A stretch of DNA of 64,000 nucleotides, taken from the NCBI RefSeq assembly GCF_009914755.1, contig NC_060936.1; one strand, written 5' to 3'. The DNA is from the human T2T-CHM13v2.0 reference genome, Homo sapiens. Under the pieces are notes generated by a model. It was not told the origin of the DNA. It worked only from the letters and a program-made list of their open reading frames with translations, and made no database searches. Positions 13,076 through 27,700 of the stretch are shown piece after piece. Numbering within the stretch: position 1 is the stretch's first letter; each line of letters begins with the position of its first letter. A program made the position numbers and the translations under genes.

Positions 13076-16000
13076 CTACAGTCACAGAGGAAAAAGCCCG
13101 CAGGAAGGCTCTTTTCTACAGCACTCTGTTTGCGTGCTGCGTGGTACCCTGCTCTTCGGTTTTTCACAGATGAACATGCATTACTGTACTGTTAGAATCA
13201 GGAGGGGAGGTGAACAGAGATAAAAGTCTCCTCGGGTTGCGGGGGAGAGAGCATTTGGAGAGAAAGCTTTTGCCTGTGTTGTTTTGGGAAGTGGCTTTTT
13301 ATGGTTTGGGGAGAGGAGAGGACACCCCCTCTTGCAGCAAGGATCCGAGCCCTGTCTTTGAACTCTCCCACAGCTGGATCTGCACCTGCCCTGTGTAGCT
13401 GTCCCTGGCCATACCTTTATTTACAGGGGAGGCAGTTGGGGGTCTCGGGTGCAGCTTCAGGTAATTAAAGTCAGCTGGATAGGCATTTCACATTCATGTT
13501 GATAATAAGCACTTTAATAAAATGTAGAAAGATAAAATGGGATTTTTTTTTTAGGTTGTGTTTTTCTTTCCCTCCCTCCCCCATTCTTTCCTTTCTGGAA
13601 GTGGCAAGAACTGTATCTCAGGACCCCGTACAGCTTGATGTGAAATACACCCGGGACAGGGAACGGCTACTTGGACACTGTTTGTGGAGTGCTGGGGGGA
13701 GGCTAGGATGGGAGCTTCTGTCGTGGGGTCATCTGGGAAGCAGGAGCCTCATGGCAGACTCTCGGGTAACCCTACCTGGCCAGCCCCCATTCAATCCAGG
13801 CCTCCCTCCCGGAGGTGTCGTCACTTGGCTCAGTGTCTTCAGACCCCAAAAGAATAGCCATGATGTACGTATAGGATGCAGCCAAATTTGGGGTGTCCCC
13901 AGGAGTCAGGAAGTCCAGCAGAATTGGTGGGGGGCAGGAACATTTAGTTCGACCTCTCATTCTCTCTTCCTCCTTATCACCCCTACGAAAATTTTCTCTT
14001 TATGAATGCTTCCATCTTCGTGCTTACAAACTAGCCTCCGCGGGGGCATTTATATTAGCAGTGATGCTTCCCATTTGTTTAGGAAGAAATTGCATCTACT
14101 GGTTTCTGCTGGGCCTCTCCGTAAACCCTCGAGGCATCCTTGCTCTCATTTAAACAATAGTGGGGCAGGGGGAGGTCAGGCACTCGGCAAAGTCAACAGC
14201 AGGCAGGGGACAAGCCTGTGTAGCCCCTGGGCTAAAATGGCTTGTGACCACCCTGGCCGCCCCTCGTTTGAGGGCCTCCCCTCTCAATCTCACCTTCAGC
14301 CTCCCTGGCCGGGGCTTCTAGTTGCTGGGAGGCATTGGCTCCTTGCCAGTCCCTGAAATCCATCAGCGCCCTCTCCTGCCTGATGCCTCCACCCACCTTC
14401 CCCTCCGCTGGTAGCAGGGGATGGTGTGTCTGCTCTGCCAGCCTCTAGGCTCAGTCTCTTGCCCGCACGGTTCCCTGCAGCTGCCTGGAGGTGGGGGTGG
14501 CACCTCTGCTCAGCCAACCCCTCTGGCTCCCAATCGCTTCTTGCCTTGGTCCCACAACTTCCCAACCTAATCCCCACGAGGCTGTAAGATACATCCAGAT
14601 GGTCACCCATTCCCCAACAGCCTGACGGTTCCAGCCCCACTCATGCCCACAGCTCCCTCCTCCTCTAGTGCCTTCCCCCAGGCCCCACGTGCCCTTAGGC
14701 GCAGCTCTCTCCAGGTGTGCTTTTCTTGGGACTACGCCTGCATATTTGTGTGGCAGTCCTCCCCAGTCCTCCCCAGAGCCCAAGGCTCTCGGAACCCTAC
14801 CCAGCATACAGTGGGCGCTTAATAAATGCTTCCCTACCTGGCACCTTCTCAGCCCTGCACCTGGCACCTTCTCAGCCCTGCATGCCAGAGAATTTTTCCA
14901 GAGCTTCCTGAGGTTCCCACAGACTTTCTTCCCACCCCCAGATGCTCCCAACCTTGAAAAAGAGGCTGCTGCAAGAAATGAGTTAGAGAAAAGATGTTGA
15001 AAGTGGCAGACTTCAGAGAGGATGCAGTGGTTTGGAGAAGAGTGGACCAGAGTTCAAAGCCCAGCTCTGCTTTTGCCTGATTGTGACCTTGAGGCAGTGA
15101 CATGATCTCTCAGGGACTCGTTTTCCCAGCTGCAAAAGGAATTATTAGGAACACAGACCTCCCAGAAGATGCAGTGGGCCAAGGCGTTAAAAGTGCCCTC
15201 ATGCAGTAGGCGTTCAGCTTCTGTGATGTGAGTCATTGCCACTGTGGCCCCTAGCAAAAGCCTGGCATGTAGTAGGTGCTCAGTAAACATTCATTGACGA
15301 ATGAATGAGTGAATGATCATTTTGTGGGATCCCTTTCCCCTGCCCCCATTTTGCCGGGGGAAGCACTCTCTGGCCTCTCACCCAGTTGGACCAGACGTGT
15401 CAGCCCTAAGAGGGGCACAAGGGGTCCCCAGCCCCTCACCTGACACCTGTCAGAGTGGGGGCTATTTTGTTTTCCTGGTGCCCGTGTGGTTTTAAATTCC
15501 GAGAACTCCGGAATATAAATCAGCAATCAAGGGCAGGAGGAAGTGATCGGATGTGGCTCTGGTTTTCGGGGCTTGCCGACAAGATAATTAGGCGTTTGAT
15601 TGGCATCCTCTCTCAAGGACAGCCACCTCCAGGTCCCGCCTGCACAGGAGCAGGCTTGTTTTCCTGCCTGATGCTTGTGGCAGGGGACTGATGGGGGTGA
15701 CGGGTGGGATTGGGGACCCAGAGTTAGCCAGTCTTTCATCTGTTCATTTGTTCATTCATTAATTCAAAGTATTGAGCACCTAGTGTGTGCCAAGCATCGG
15801 GACACAGCAGTGACCCAAACGGACAAAGTCCTTGTGCTTGTGGAGCTGACATTGGAGGGGGCAGGAGGCGGGCAGGGAAAGCAGGCAATAAACAAATGGA
15901 GAAGTGACTACATAAATGTGTCAACGGCAAGGGCTTGGGAGAAAAATAAGCAGAGGGCGGCTGAGGTAGAGAGGAGGTGCTTACTGTTTTAAATAGGACG

Positions 16001-16125
16001 GCAGGACAGGCTTCTGGGAGAAGGTGGTATAAGAGCTAAGCCTCCGAGCAGGTGAGGAAAGAGGGAGCAGCCAGTGCAAAGGCTCCGAGACAGAAACGTG
16101 CTTAGTGTGTTCAAGAATCAATAAG

Positions 16126-16430
16126 GGCTGGGCACCATGGTTCACGACTATAATCCCAGCACTTTGGGATGCCAAGGTGAGCGGATCACTTGAGGTCAGG
16201 AGTTAGAGACCAGACTGGCCAATGTGGTGAAACCCCATCTCTACTAAAAATATAAAAATTCGCTGGGCGTGGTGGCACACGCCTGTAATCCTAGCTACTC
16301 AGGAGGCTGAGGCAGGAGAATCACTTGAACCCAGGAGGCGGAGGTTGAAGTGAGCCAAGATCATGCCACTGCACTCCAGCCTGGGCAACCGAATGAGACT
16401 CTGTCTCAAAAAAAAAAAAAAAAAAAAAAA
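16126..16430 (+). mobile_element. AluS-like, inserted immediately 5' of another Alu
   Basis: Full Alu with A tail; TSD aatcaataag/aatcagtaag. Confidence 0.95.
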
Positions 16431-16438
16431 TCAGTAAG

Positions 16439-16990
<552 letters not shown>

Positions 16991-19223
16991 TCACCTAGGC
17001 AGGCAATGACAGTGGCCTGGCCCAGGTGGCAACAGTAGAGAGGAGGAGAAATTGTTAGATCAGGCTGACAAGATTTGCCAATTTACATCAGCCTGATGAT
17101 ACCTAAGGCAGGCGGAGCAGCTGCTGCCTCCCAACTCCCAGGGCCTCAGGGCTGGTGGCAGCCCCAGCCCAAGTGCCAGCCTTGGCCCAAAGCATCCAGC
17201 CCTTCCCAGGCACCTCCCATAGCCTGGAACCCCTGCAGTCCACCAGCCTGTCGTCCTGCCAGTCCCCAGAGAGAGGTGATGCCCTGGCTGCATTTTGCAG
17301 CAGTGAGAGTCCTAGATACAGAGAGGCCACAGGTCTGCCTAAGCTCACAGAGCTGGCAAGCAAGAAGGTCAGGACCTGAACCTAGTCTGCCTGCCAAATG
17401 CTGGCTCTTGGCCTGCCTCAAACTAAAAAACCAACCACTGCCTGGGCTTTCTGGAAGCCTGAGCTACGGAGCTGCCAGGTGGGCCTGATGTCCCACAGTT
17501 GTAATTGCCTGTTGTGCTCCCCATGTAACCACATGCTCCATGTGCGCAGGACCTGGGTCTGTCTTGTCCCTGGTAACACTGTAGGCACACAAAAAGTAGT
17601 TATTGAGTGGATAGATGGATGGGTGGATGGACAGACAGATGGACCAGGCCTGGTCATGCTCCTGGTCTTCAGGCCACGGCAGACCTTGTAGAGACAGTTT
17701 AGGGAAAGATTGTCCTCCAGGGAAACAACCCAGAGGAAAATCAGAAAGTTATAGGTTCGGGTCCCCATGATGGCACTTCCTCGCCGTGTGATGTGGGACG
17801 AGTGGCTTTGTCTCTCTGCAGGTACCGTGCATCAGATGACACCTGCATCCTAAGACCCTTCATTGGCTCCCTCAACAGATGTTTCTAGAGAATCCACTGC
17901 ACTCTAGATGCCACTGGGAGAGGGAAATGAACTTTTGTAGTGCTGGTCATTGTGGACCTAGTCGACAGCCAGCCCTCTATGGGGCAGTTGTTATCCTGCT
18001 GTTCTCACAGCACTGGGAGTTTGCTAAGAAGTTGTTGGCAGTCTTTTGGCTCACACACAGGCCTGAGGCTTGGCTCTTTGATCCGAATGTGAACTGTCCA
18101 TCACCCTGGCCCAGCTGATAGAACGCGGGGAAGCCAGCTTGGCTGGGAACTGTTTCTCATAGGCACCACCCCTTGCCCTGGCCTCGGATAATTGGCCCAA
18201 TACATCTTGGCATCTGAAATTTACATACGGCGCAGGGAGTGATGGATGGCTCTGGTAACCCGGGCTGTCTCCCAGCCACGGCTCAGTTATCCATCTCGGC
18301 GGGCTGCGGAGCCATCCGTCTTGTCTTGTCTTGTCTCCTCACTTATGGCAGGCCGGCGGGTGCCCTCCATCCCGGGTCATCCCCCAGCCCCCTCCCAGAG
18401 CTGGCCCTCTGAGGCCCCTCTGAAGGCGACACTCCCAACCTGCCCCGCAGTAGATAGAACAAGTCCCTTTGCTCTGAACATCCCCTGAAGCCCTCCTCAG
18501 TGTTTGCCGGCAACTCTGATAGCAAAATCCTGAAGGACCTCCATGGGCCCAAGATGCAGAATAGGACATTTGCTCCCACAAAGTTGTCCCTCCATCCCCC
18601 CGCCACAAGGGGCTTCTCATACTTACTCCACTAATAGTCATTCCACAAATATTTATTGAATGCCCACTGTGCACCAGGCGTTGAACTAGAACCCCTGGAT
18701 AGCTGTGAACAAGAACTGTATCACCCAGTCATGCACACAGCCCCCACCCTTGAGGGACTGTGTGCCATTGGTGGTTGTCAACACTCTGAAGACCCTAGAC
18801 ACCAAGCCAAGCACTTGACCTGCTTACAGTCTGGTTCTCAAGGGGTCCTGACAACCCTATGGGCACGAATTCTTAGCCCCATTTTATAGACACAGAAACG
18901 GAGGCTGAGTCACCTATCCAAGGTCACAATGCTAGTGAGGCATCAAAGCCAACGTTTGAACCCAGGTCAGTGGTCTGTGAACCATGTCACTGTTTCCCAG
19001 ACAGACCGGGCTCTTTAGGGGTCTCTGGCCTTGACACATAGCATTCACTCATTCATTCGACCAACAAACATTTCTAGAATGCCTACTGTGTATCAGGAAC
19101 TCTTCTAGGCACTGAGGATATCTTGTTCTCATGGAGCTTTCATTTTAGTAAAGAAGTAAAATACACAGTGTATTTGGTAGTGATACATGTTAAGGAGAAG
19201 AAAACTCAAGACAAGAACCGGAA

Positions 19224-19518
19224 GACCAGGACAAGTGTAGTTGGTGCACACCTGTAATCTAAGCACTTTGGGAGGCCAAGGCAGAAGGATTGCTTGAGCC
19301 CAGGAGTTTGAGGCCAGCCTGAGCAACATAGCAAGGCCCTGTCTTTACAAAAAATAAATTAGCTGGGTGTGGTGGTTTGCACCCATGGTCCCAGCTACTT
19401 GGGAGGCTGAGAAGGGAGCATTGCTTGGGCATGGGAGGTTGAAGCTGCAGTGAGCCAGGATTGTGCCACTGCACGCCAGGCTGGACTACAAAGCAAAACC
19501 CTGTCTAAGAAAAAAAAA
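19224..19518 (+). mobile_element. AluJ-like
   Basis: Diverged dimeric Alu with short A tail. Confidence 0.9.
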
Positions 19519-19839
19519 GTTAAGGGCTTTTGCAACATTCCCATTTCCTCTGCCTGGGTTGCTTGGCTTCTTTATCTGACAGATTCTTCATCCTTCCAGA
19601 CACAGGTCAGATGGTCCTATCTTGGCAACTCTTTTTCCCAATCACAGTAAGTAACCTTGCTCTCTGTGTTCCTGTCATACTGTTTTTATACTTCTCATAG
19701 TGTATGTCGGCACATAGTGTTAGAATGGCTCTCCTTGTCTACCACACTGTACTGTGAACTCCTCAAGGACAGAGACTGTGTTGGTTGGTTTCTGTACACC
19801 AGTACCTAGCACTGTGCCTGACACAGAATTGGGCCAGTG

Positions 19840-20270
19840 ATTAGTTGGATGGTTGATTGGATGGGGTTAGATAACTAACCCACCTATCCACCCAAGGATG
19901 GATGACTGCTTGAGTGATTGGGTACCTGGATGCTGGACAAGATCAGTTGGGTGAATAGATGAATGGATGATCCTTTTCTAGATGATCAACTGTTGGATAA
20001 ATAGATGGTTGGTTAGGTGGGTAGACATATAATTGGATGAATAGATAAAGGCATGGTTGGTTGGATGGGTAGATGTATAACTGGATGAAAATGGATGGTT
20101 TGGTAGATAGATGTATGATTGGATGAATGCATAAATGGATGGTGGTTGGATGGGTGGATGTATGTCTGGATGAATGGATAAATGGATGATTAGTTGGGTA
20201 GATAGATGTATGATTAGATGAATGGATAAATGGATGGTGGTTGGGTAGTTGGACGGATGTTGGATAAAGG
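19840..20270. repeat. Degenerate (GGAT/TGGA)n low-complexity tract
   Basis: Repeated ggatgaatggataaatggatgg / tagatagatgtatgatt units. Confidence 0.9.
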
Positions 20271-22351
20271 GCTTCCAGCCTGGTTAGCACTTCAGTGGTT
20301 ACTGGCAGCCCCTGCCCAACTTGGGACCACACTATGATTTAATTAGAAGAGGTAGATTGAAGCTCTACCTCTCCTTTGCCTGATCAGTTTCCATACCCAC
20401 CCAAAGGCAATACAAAAGACATGTTAGGGTTTCACTCTTCTCCAAGCCTGCACTAAAGATAATGTCTCTGCATGATGGCCTTTGTCACCTTTCACTAAAA
20501 TTACTTATACCCAAGCTTGTCTGGTTTCTGAGCTCTTGGAGGATCCAGGCTATATCGGGCTTATCATTTCCATCCTCCTTATGAAATGCCTAGCACATCA
20601 GAGACCATGAATGCATTGATGGACGAGTGGATGGGTAGATGAGTGGGTGGACAGATGAGGTCCAACATCTTCGGTTGCATCCCCCTGTAGTAAGGTGAAA
20701 GCAGAGCCCCTGTTTGGATTTGGGGGGTTGGTGACTGTACTGGAAGTCATAATCACTGCTCATCTTTGTTTCTGAAACCTGGCCTGGAATCTCGACCATC
20801 ACTTCACATACATATCCTTACAAGAGATACTGTACATAAAGTGCTTAGTGCACTCAATAAATATTAGTATATATGGTGTAATAGACTCTCAATAAATGTT
20901 AACTATGAGCTATTGTTTCCTATAAGGAACTTCTGTGTAAATGTTCTAGGGCTTAAAAAAAATCTGGTAGCAAATATCAGAAAGAGTTAACAGGGGCTCA
21001 AAGCAGACACCTAACTTGGAGGGGTGTCTGGGAAGCCTTTCTGGAAGAGGAGACATTTAAGCTGACACACAAAGAGATGAGTAAGATCAACCACAAAGAC
21101 AGAATGAGTTCATCTGAGCTGAGGGAAAGGAGACTGTGGAACCACGGAGTCAGAAGGTTCTGGTGCATTTCGGTTTCTGCACGGAATTTGGTCCAGCTGG
21201 GAAGGAAACAAGGAGAAGGGGAAGTGGGAGGGACCCAGGGACACCCAGGAGTGAGGAGATTGTCCTAGGCCAGGTTTTAAACCAGGAGGGACATACTGAG
21301 AAAGAGATTGTTTGTCTTCATGGAATCTCTTTAAAGCCTAGGAACAACTGAGGTCCTCAATTCCTTAAACCCAGCTCCCAACAATCACTTTTTAGGTTTC
21401 TTCTCGGAGGTGGCCTTAGGGGGATATGTCTGAGTGTGAGGTGTCCTTGGAGCTGAGAAGATTGTGGGCACAGATAGGCGGGATCTCAGGTTGTGTCTTA
21501 ACATGTGTTCCCCTCATAAGAACACAGATTCTAGCCCAAGGCTCTTCATATAGCTGACACTTTGGGATCAGGTGTGAAATTACTTTAAAAACTAAGTGTT
21601 CTTGTAAAATTCCCAGTCCCTCCTGGTTGGGGAAACCCAGACGAATTGAGAATGCTAGACTTGCTTCCCCATAGATAACCAACCATAGGATCCTTCCCTA
21701 GCCAAGACCCACCCTCCCCTCTGAGAAAATCCAACCTCTTAACTATGTGTGATGTGGGTGGGTAACCAAAAGTATCTGTGCCTCCGTTTTCTCATCTTTA
21801 AATGGGAGACTCAGATATGATTCATATTTACTGAAGTGTGGGACACATACCCACTGACGGGACATGAAATTGTAAGCATTCAGTAGAGCCAGTGTTAGAA
21901 GGGATTGACTTGGGTTCTGAGGAACAGTTCTGCCTTATCTCTTCCACCCTTCTTCATTCCAACAAGCAGAAAGTCTCTGTAGGGGACTGCATTAACACCC
22001 CTCCAGCACTTGCTAACCTTTTATAACAAACACAGGCAGCAATGATTTGTTTTTGGTTATACTTTTGTTTTAATGGCTACCATCTGTTTATGGTACATGA
22101 TTCTCTAGTGACAAGAAAGTGTCCTTTTTAAATACACTTATTTAGGTTTAAAAAAAGGGAAGGAGTCATTAGGTAAAAGTCAGGAATAGGAAAAATGTGT
22201 CTGTGATGCCAGGGTCCAAATCATCGTTACTTTTAGGGGGTACTGACAAGGAGAGAGTACTCTAGGGAGTTTTCACAGGCACTAGGAACGTGAACGTTCT
22301 ACATCTTGAACTGGGTAGTGCTTACTCAGGTGTAAACCATTCACTAAGCTT

Positions 22352-22577
22352 TCACTTGAGCCTAGGAGTTCGAGACCAACCTGGGCAACATGGCGAGACC
22401 CCCATCTCTACAAAAAATAAAAACTAGCCTGGCGTGGTAGCACATGCCTGTAGTCCCAGCTACCCAGGAGGCTGTGGGAGGGTCACCTGAGCCTGGGAAG
22501 TGAAGGCTGCGGTGAGCTGTGATCATGCCATTGCAGTCCAGCCTGGGTGACAGAGCAAGACCCTATCTAAAAAAAAA
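22352..22577 (+). mobile_element. 5'-truncated AluJ with TSD
   Basis: Starts at tcacttgagcc; TSD attcactaagctt at 22339-22351 and 22585-22597. Confidence 0.9.
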
Positions 22578-23687
22578 TTTTGTAATTCACTAAGCTTAAC
22601 ATTGAACTATGGAACTTAAAGTGATCCATATCTCAAAAAGAGAACCATAGGAGTCCCTTTGAAGAGAAATATTAATTAATCATATTTTAGATGCTATATC
22701 AATATGACAAAATTCACACAGAGGGACATGAGTGGTCAAAGTTTGGACAGCAGTGACCTGAGCGACCTTGAGGATTCCTTCTAGCTCATATGTTCTGAGT
22801 GCCTTGGAGGACTAAGTCCCAAGACTGTTCAGCACACCAATGGCAAACCCTCTCAGAGACAGGGGCTCTCACTAGGCAGTGGGCACTTCCAGGGGGTACT
22901 GCAGATCCCATCAGAAGAGCCCCTTCCTCCAAGCCCCCGGCTTCTCCTGCAGCACCCGGTCCCGGGTGCAGCTCAGCCCCGGCCTCCTTTCTCTCTGCAC
23001 ATTGGCCCGAGCCTCAGCTGCATCTATCATCTGCTTCAGGCTCATTAAAATTATTTCTTTTTAGTTGCAAATGGGCTGTTTATGATGATCATTATTTGAA
23101 TGGTCTGCGCCGGGCTCCGGGCTGTCTGTCTGCTGCTGATGGCCAGTTAATCAGATGAGTCTCCTCCCTGCCTGGGCCTGGCCCAAAGTCTGGGGCTGTG
23201 TTAATCATGGCTCCCCCAGGGCTGGGGGGCTGGTGGGGCCAGCAGGGGCTGGGTAGGAGAAGATCCTGATTTCTTTTTGATTACCAGAGCTGTGTGTGTG
23301 GTAGTTTGGACATGCTTTCTAAAACTCAGTTTTAGACCAGTGCTGGTTTATGTTTGTGACAGAATTTTTTTCCATTCCTTCAAAATAGATATAGTGCCAT
23401 GAGCTTTTTAATTTTAGCTGTGTGTATTATGAAAGACCCGTGCCGATGCTGTCATTGGCCCTCTTGCTTTGCTGATATTCAAATATCCTTTCTTTTAGGG
23501 TGGGAGGGAGTGGTTTTTAATGTCTTTGCTTGATACAGTAACATTTGGCAATACTCTACCGGTCTTCCTTTCATTTTAAAACAGAATTTTTACTGAGCTG
23601 TGAAATCCAAAATTCTTGGAATCATTGATCTGGTGGGGTGTTTTCTTAGCTGTCAGTTTATCTAAACATAAGATTAATATCAGCCAA

Positions 23688-23986
23688 GGCCAGGCACAGT
23701 GGCTCACACCTGTAATCCCAACACTTTGGGAGGCCACAGCAGGTGGATTGCTTGAGTCTAGGAGTTTGAGACCAGCCTGGCAACATGGTGAAACCCTGTC
23801 TCTACCCCAAAAAAATGCAAAAATTAGCTAGGCATGATGGCACATGCCTATAGTCACAGCTACTAGGGAGGCTGAGGTGGAAGGATCGCCTGAGCCTGGG
23901 AGGTCGAGGCTGCAGTGAGCTGTGACTGCACTACTGCACTCCAGCCTAGGTGACAAGAGTGAGACCCTGTCTCAAAAAAAAAAAAA
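23688..23986 (+). mobile_element. AluJ-like
   Basis: Full Alu with A tail. Confidence 0.93.
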
Positions 23987-24779
23987 GACAACATTTATTG
24001 AACACTTGAAGCTTTACACATCCATATCATTTAAAACAAATGCCCTGAACACCCCCCAGCTGATGGAGACGCAGAGCAGAAGCCCGCTGAAGAGAAGGGC
24101 ATTAAAAAATATGCCTTTATAATCCACCAAGGAGATAATCCACACCTCAGTTATTAGAATTGACTGTAGTATATTTCCAAGCCCCTGTTTGAATCACCAT
24201 ACAGACAAGACACATTAATGTGTTTGTTCCATGAGATGATGTATGTTAGGAGCTTAGCATAGTGCCTGGTACATGTAAGCTTTCCATAAATGGTAGTTAT
24301 GAGTATTTACTATTATTATTATTGGTGTTAGTGTGTTTACCAGTGAACTGTGGCAAGAATTCAGGGTTGAAGGACAAGCATAGATTTAGGCAAAATTGAG
24401 AAGAACGTGGATGTCAGTGACTTCGTCTGCTCGAGGAAAGACACCAAGGGCTGGGCTTGCAGTGGGGTCAGGGTGAGGGGACTGGTGATATCCCCCTGCC
24501 TTCCCTGGCTCTGTTCTCTCTGCAGTGTGGACACAGCAGACATCCTGCCTGTCAGATTTGCACCCACCAGCAGCCTGGGAGGTGCAGGTGGAGGGAGTCA
24601 GGCATAATTGTCTGTGAGGACACATCAGGTGGTTGGACTTATCCTGCTCTGCAATTTCCTTTCAGAACCTGGGCTGGATGTTTTTAATGAGAGGCAAAGT
24701 TCACCCCCACCAGGTATATTGGTTGCTGCATTGTGGGAAGGCACCAGTGTCCCTGCAATAAGAACATAGTGTCAGACAC

Positions 24780-25077
24780 GGCCGGGTGTGGTGGCTCACG
24801 CCTGTAATCCCAGAATTTTGGGAGGCCGAGGTGGGTGGATCATGAGGTCAGGAGATCGAGACTATCCTGGCTAACACGGTGAAACCCTGTCTCTACTAAA
24901 AATACAAAAACTTAGCCAGGCTTGGTGGTGGGTGCTTGTAGTCACAGCTACTCGGGAGGCTGGGAGGCAGGAGAATGCCGTGAACCTGGGAGGCGGAGCT
25001 TGCAGTGAGCTGAGATGGCGCCACTGCACCCCAGCCTGGGCGACAGAGTGAGACTCCGTCTCAAAAAAAAAAAAAAA
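24780..25077 (+). mobile_element. AluY-like
   Basis: Diagnostic gagatcgagactatcctggctaacacggtg and gcggagcttgcag; TSD agtgtcagacac at 24768 and 25078. Confidence 0.93.
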
Positions 25078-25537
25078 AGTGTCAGACACACAATAATCCA
25101 AGATAGAGAGCTGTAAACCCATGTCCCAGTTCTGTTTGTCCTGTAGCAATGTGAAAATCACATCTTTGTCTTCAAGAGAGATGAGAAAAACTAAGAAGAG
25201 CTGGGAGTACGCTGCTGCAACTCAAATTGACCCTGGCCCTCCAGTTTTTTTCTCTCCTGCCAAGTGAGATTCTGTCCACCTGGCCGCGCCAGTCTACCTT
25301 TGTCTATTGCTGCAAACACTGATCTCTCCTGTCACTGGATATTTCGGTTGTGGTCAGTTGTAGTTTCTGTATTAGAAACTGTGATTAGTTTTAAGTGATG
25401 ATGAACCAGAATTCCCCCTTTTTGCTCATAACACCTTGTTCCTCACCTGGCTTAATCCTGATAAAAACCGGGCTTTTAAACTGGAAGCCCCCATGTACTT
25501 TCAAGTGGGAGTACCCTGTGCTTCGGCAAGAATTGGT

Positions 25538-25558
25538 TTCAGCACCTTGGAGAGCACC
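25538..25558 (+). promoter_or_regulatory. RE1/NRSE (REST-binding site)
   Basis: TTCAGCACCTTGGAGAGCACC versus consensus TTCAGCACCACGGACAGCGCC; left half-site exact, canonical 2-bp spacer, differences only at tolerated positions. Confidence 0.8.
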
Positions 25559-25580
25559 TGTTTCCGCTCCCCCACCAAAA

Positions 25581-25820
25581 TAGAGACAGGGTCTCTCTCT
25601 GTCACCCAGGCTGGAATGCAGTGGCACCATCACAGCTCACTGCAGCCTTGACCTCCTGAGCTCAAGCAGTCCTCCCACCTCAGCCTCCCAAGTAGCTTGG
25701 ACTATAGGTAATTGTTCTATTTTTTGTAGAGAGGAGGCCTCACTATGTTGCCCAGGCTGGTCTCAAACTCTTGGCCTCCCAAAGTGCTGAGATTACAGGC
25801 ATGAGCCACTGCACCTGGCC
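25581..25820 (-). mobile_element. AluJ-like, internally deleted, no poly(T) tail
   Basis: Antisense Alu motifs with gaps. Confidence 0.88.
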
Positions 25821-26049
25821 CTTGCCTCTATTTCAAAGCTACTTTGGTGCCTCTACCTTCTCCCTTCTAGTCTCATAATTTTCTAAAGAAGTTAGACATT
25901 TCTCCAGAAATAGAAGTTCCTTCTTGGATTTCTACAAAGAAATCCATAGGTCAGGGACACTCATCCCAGCTTGGGGTGCCAGGTTTATGGTGCTCTGGTG
26001 AGCTGCTATTGAGCAGATTTACTGACTCTCAGACATGATATAAGACAAT

Positions 26050-27700
<1,651 letters not shown>

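Noticed and set aside
12841-13223. Cys/Val-rich and His/Thr-rich ORFs
   Set aside because: Artefacts of the (TG)n tract.
19943-20332. His/Pro/Ile-rich ORF
   Set aside because: Translation of the (GGAT)n low-complexity tract.
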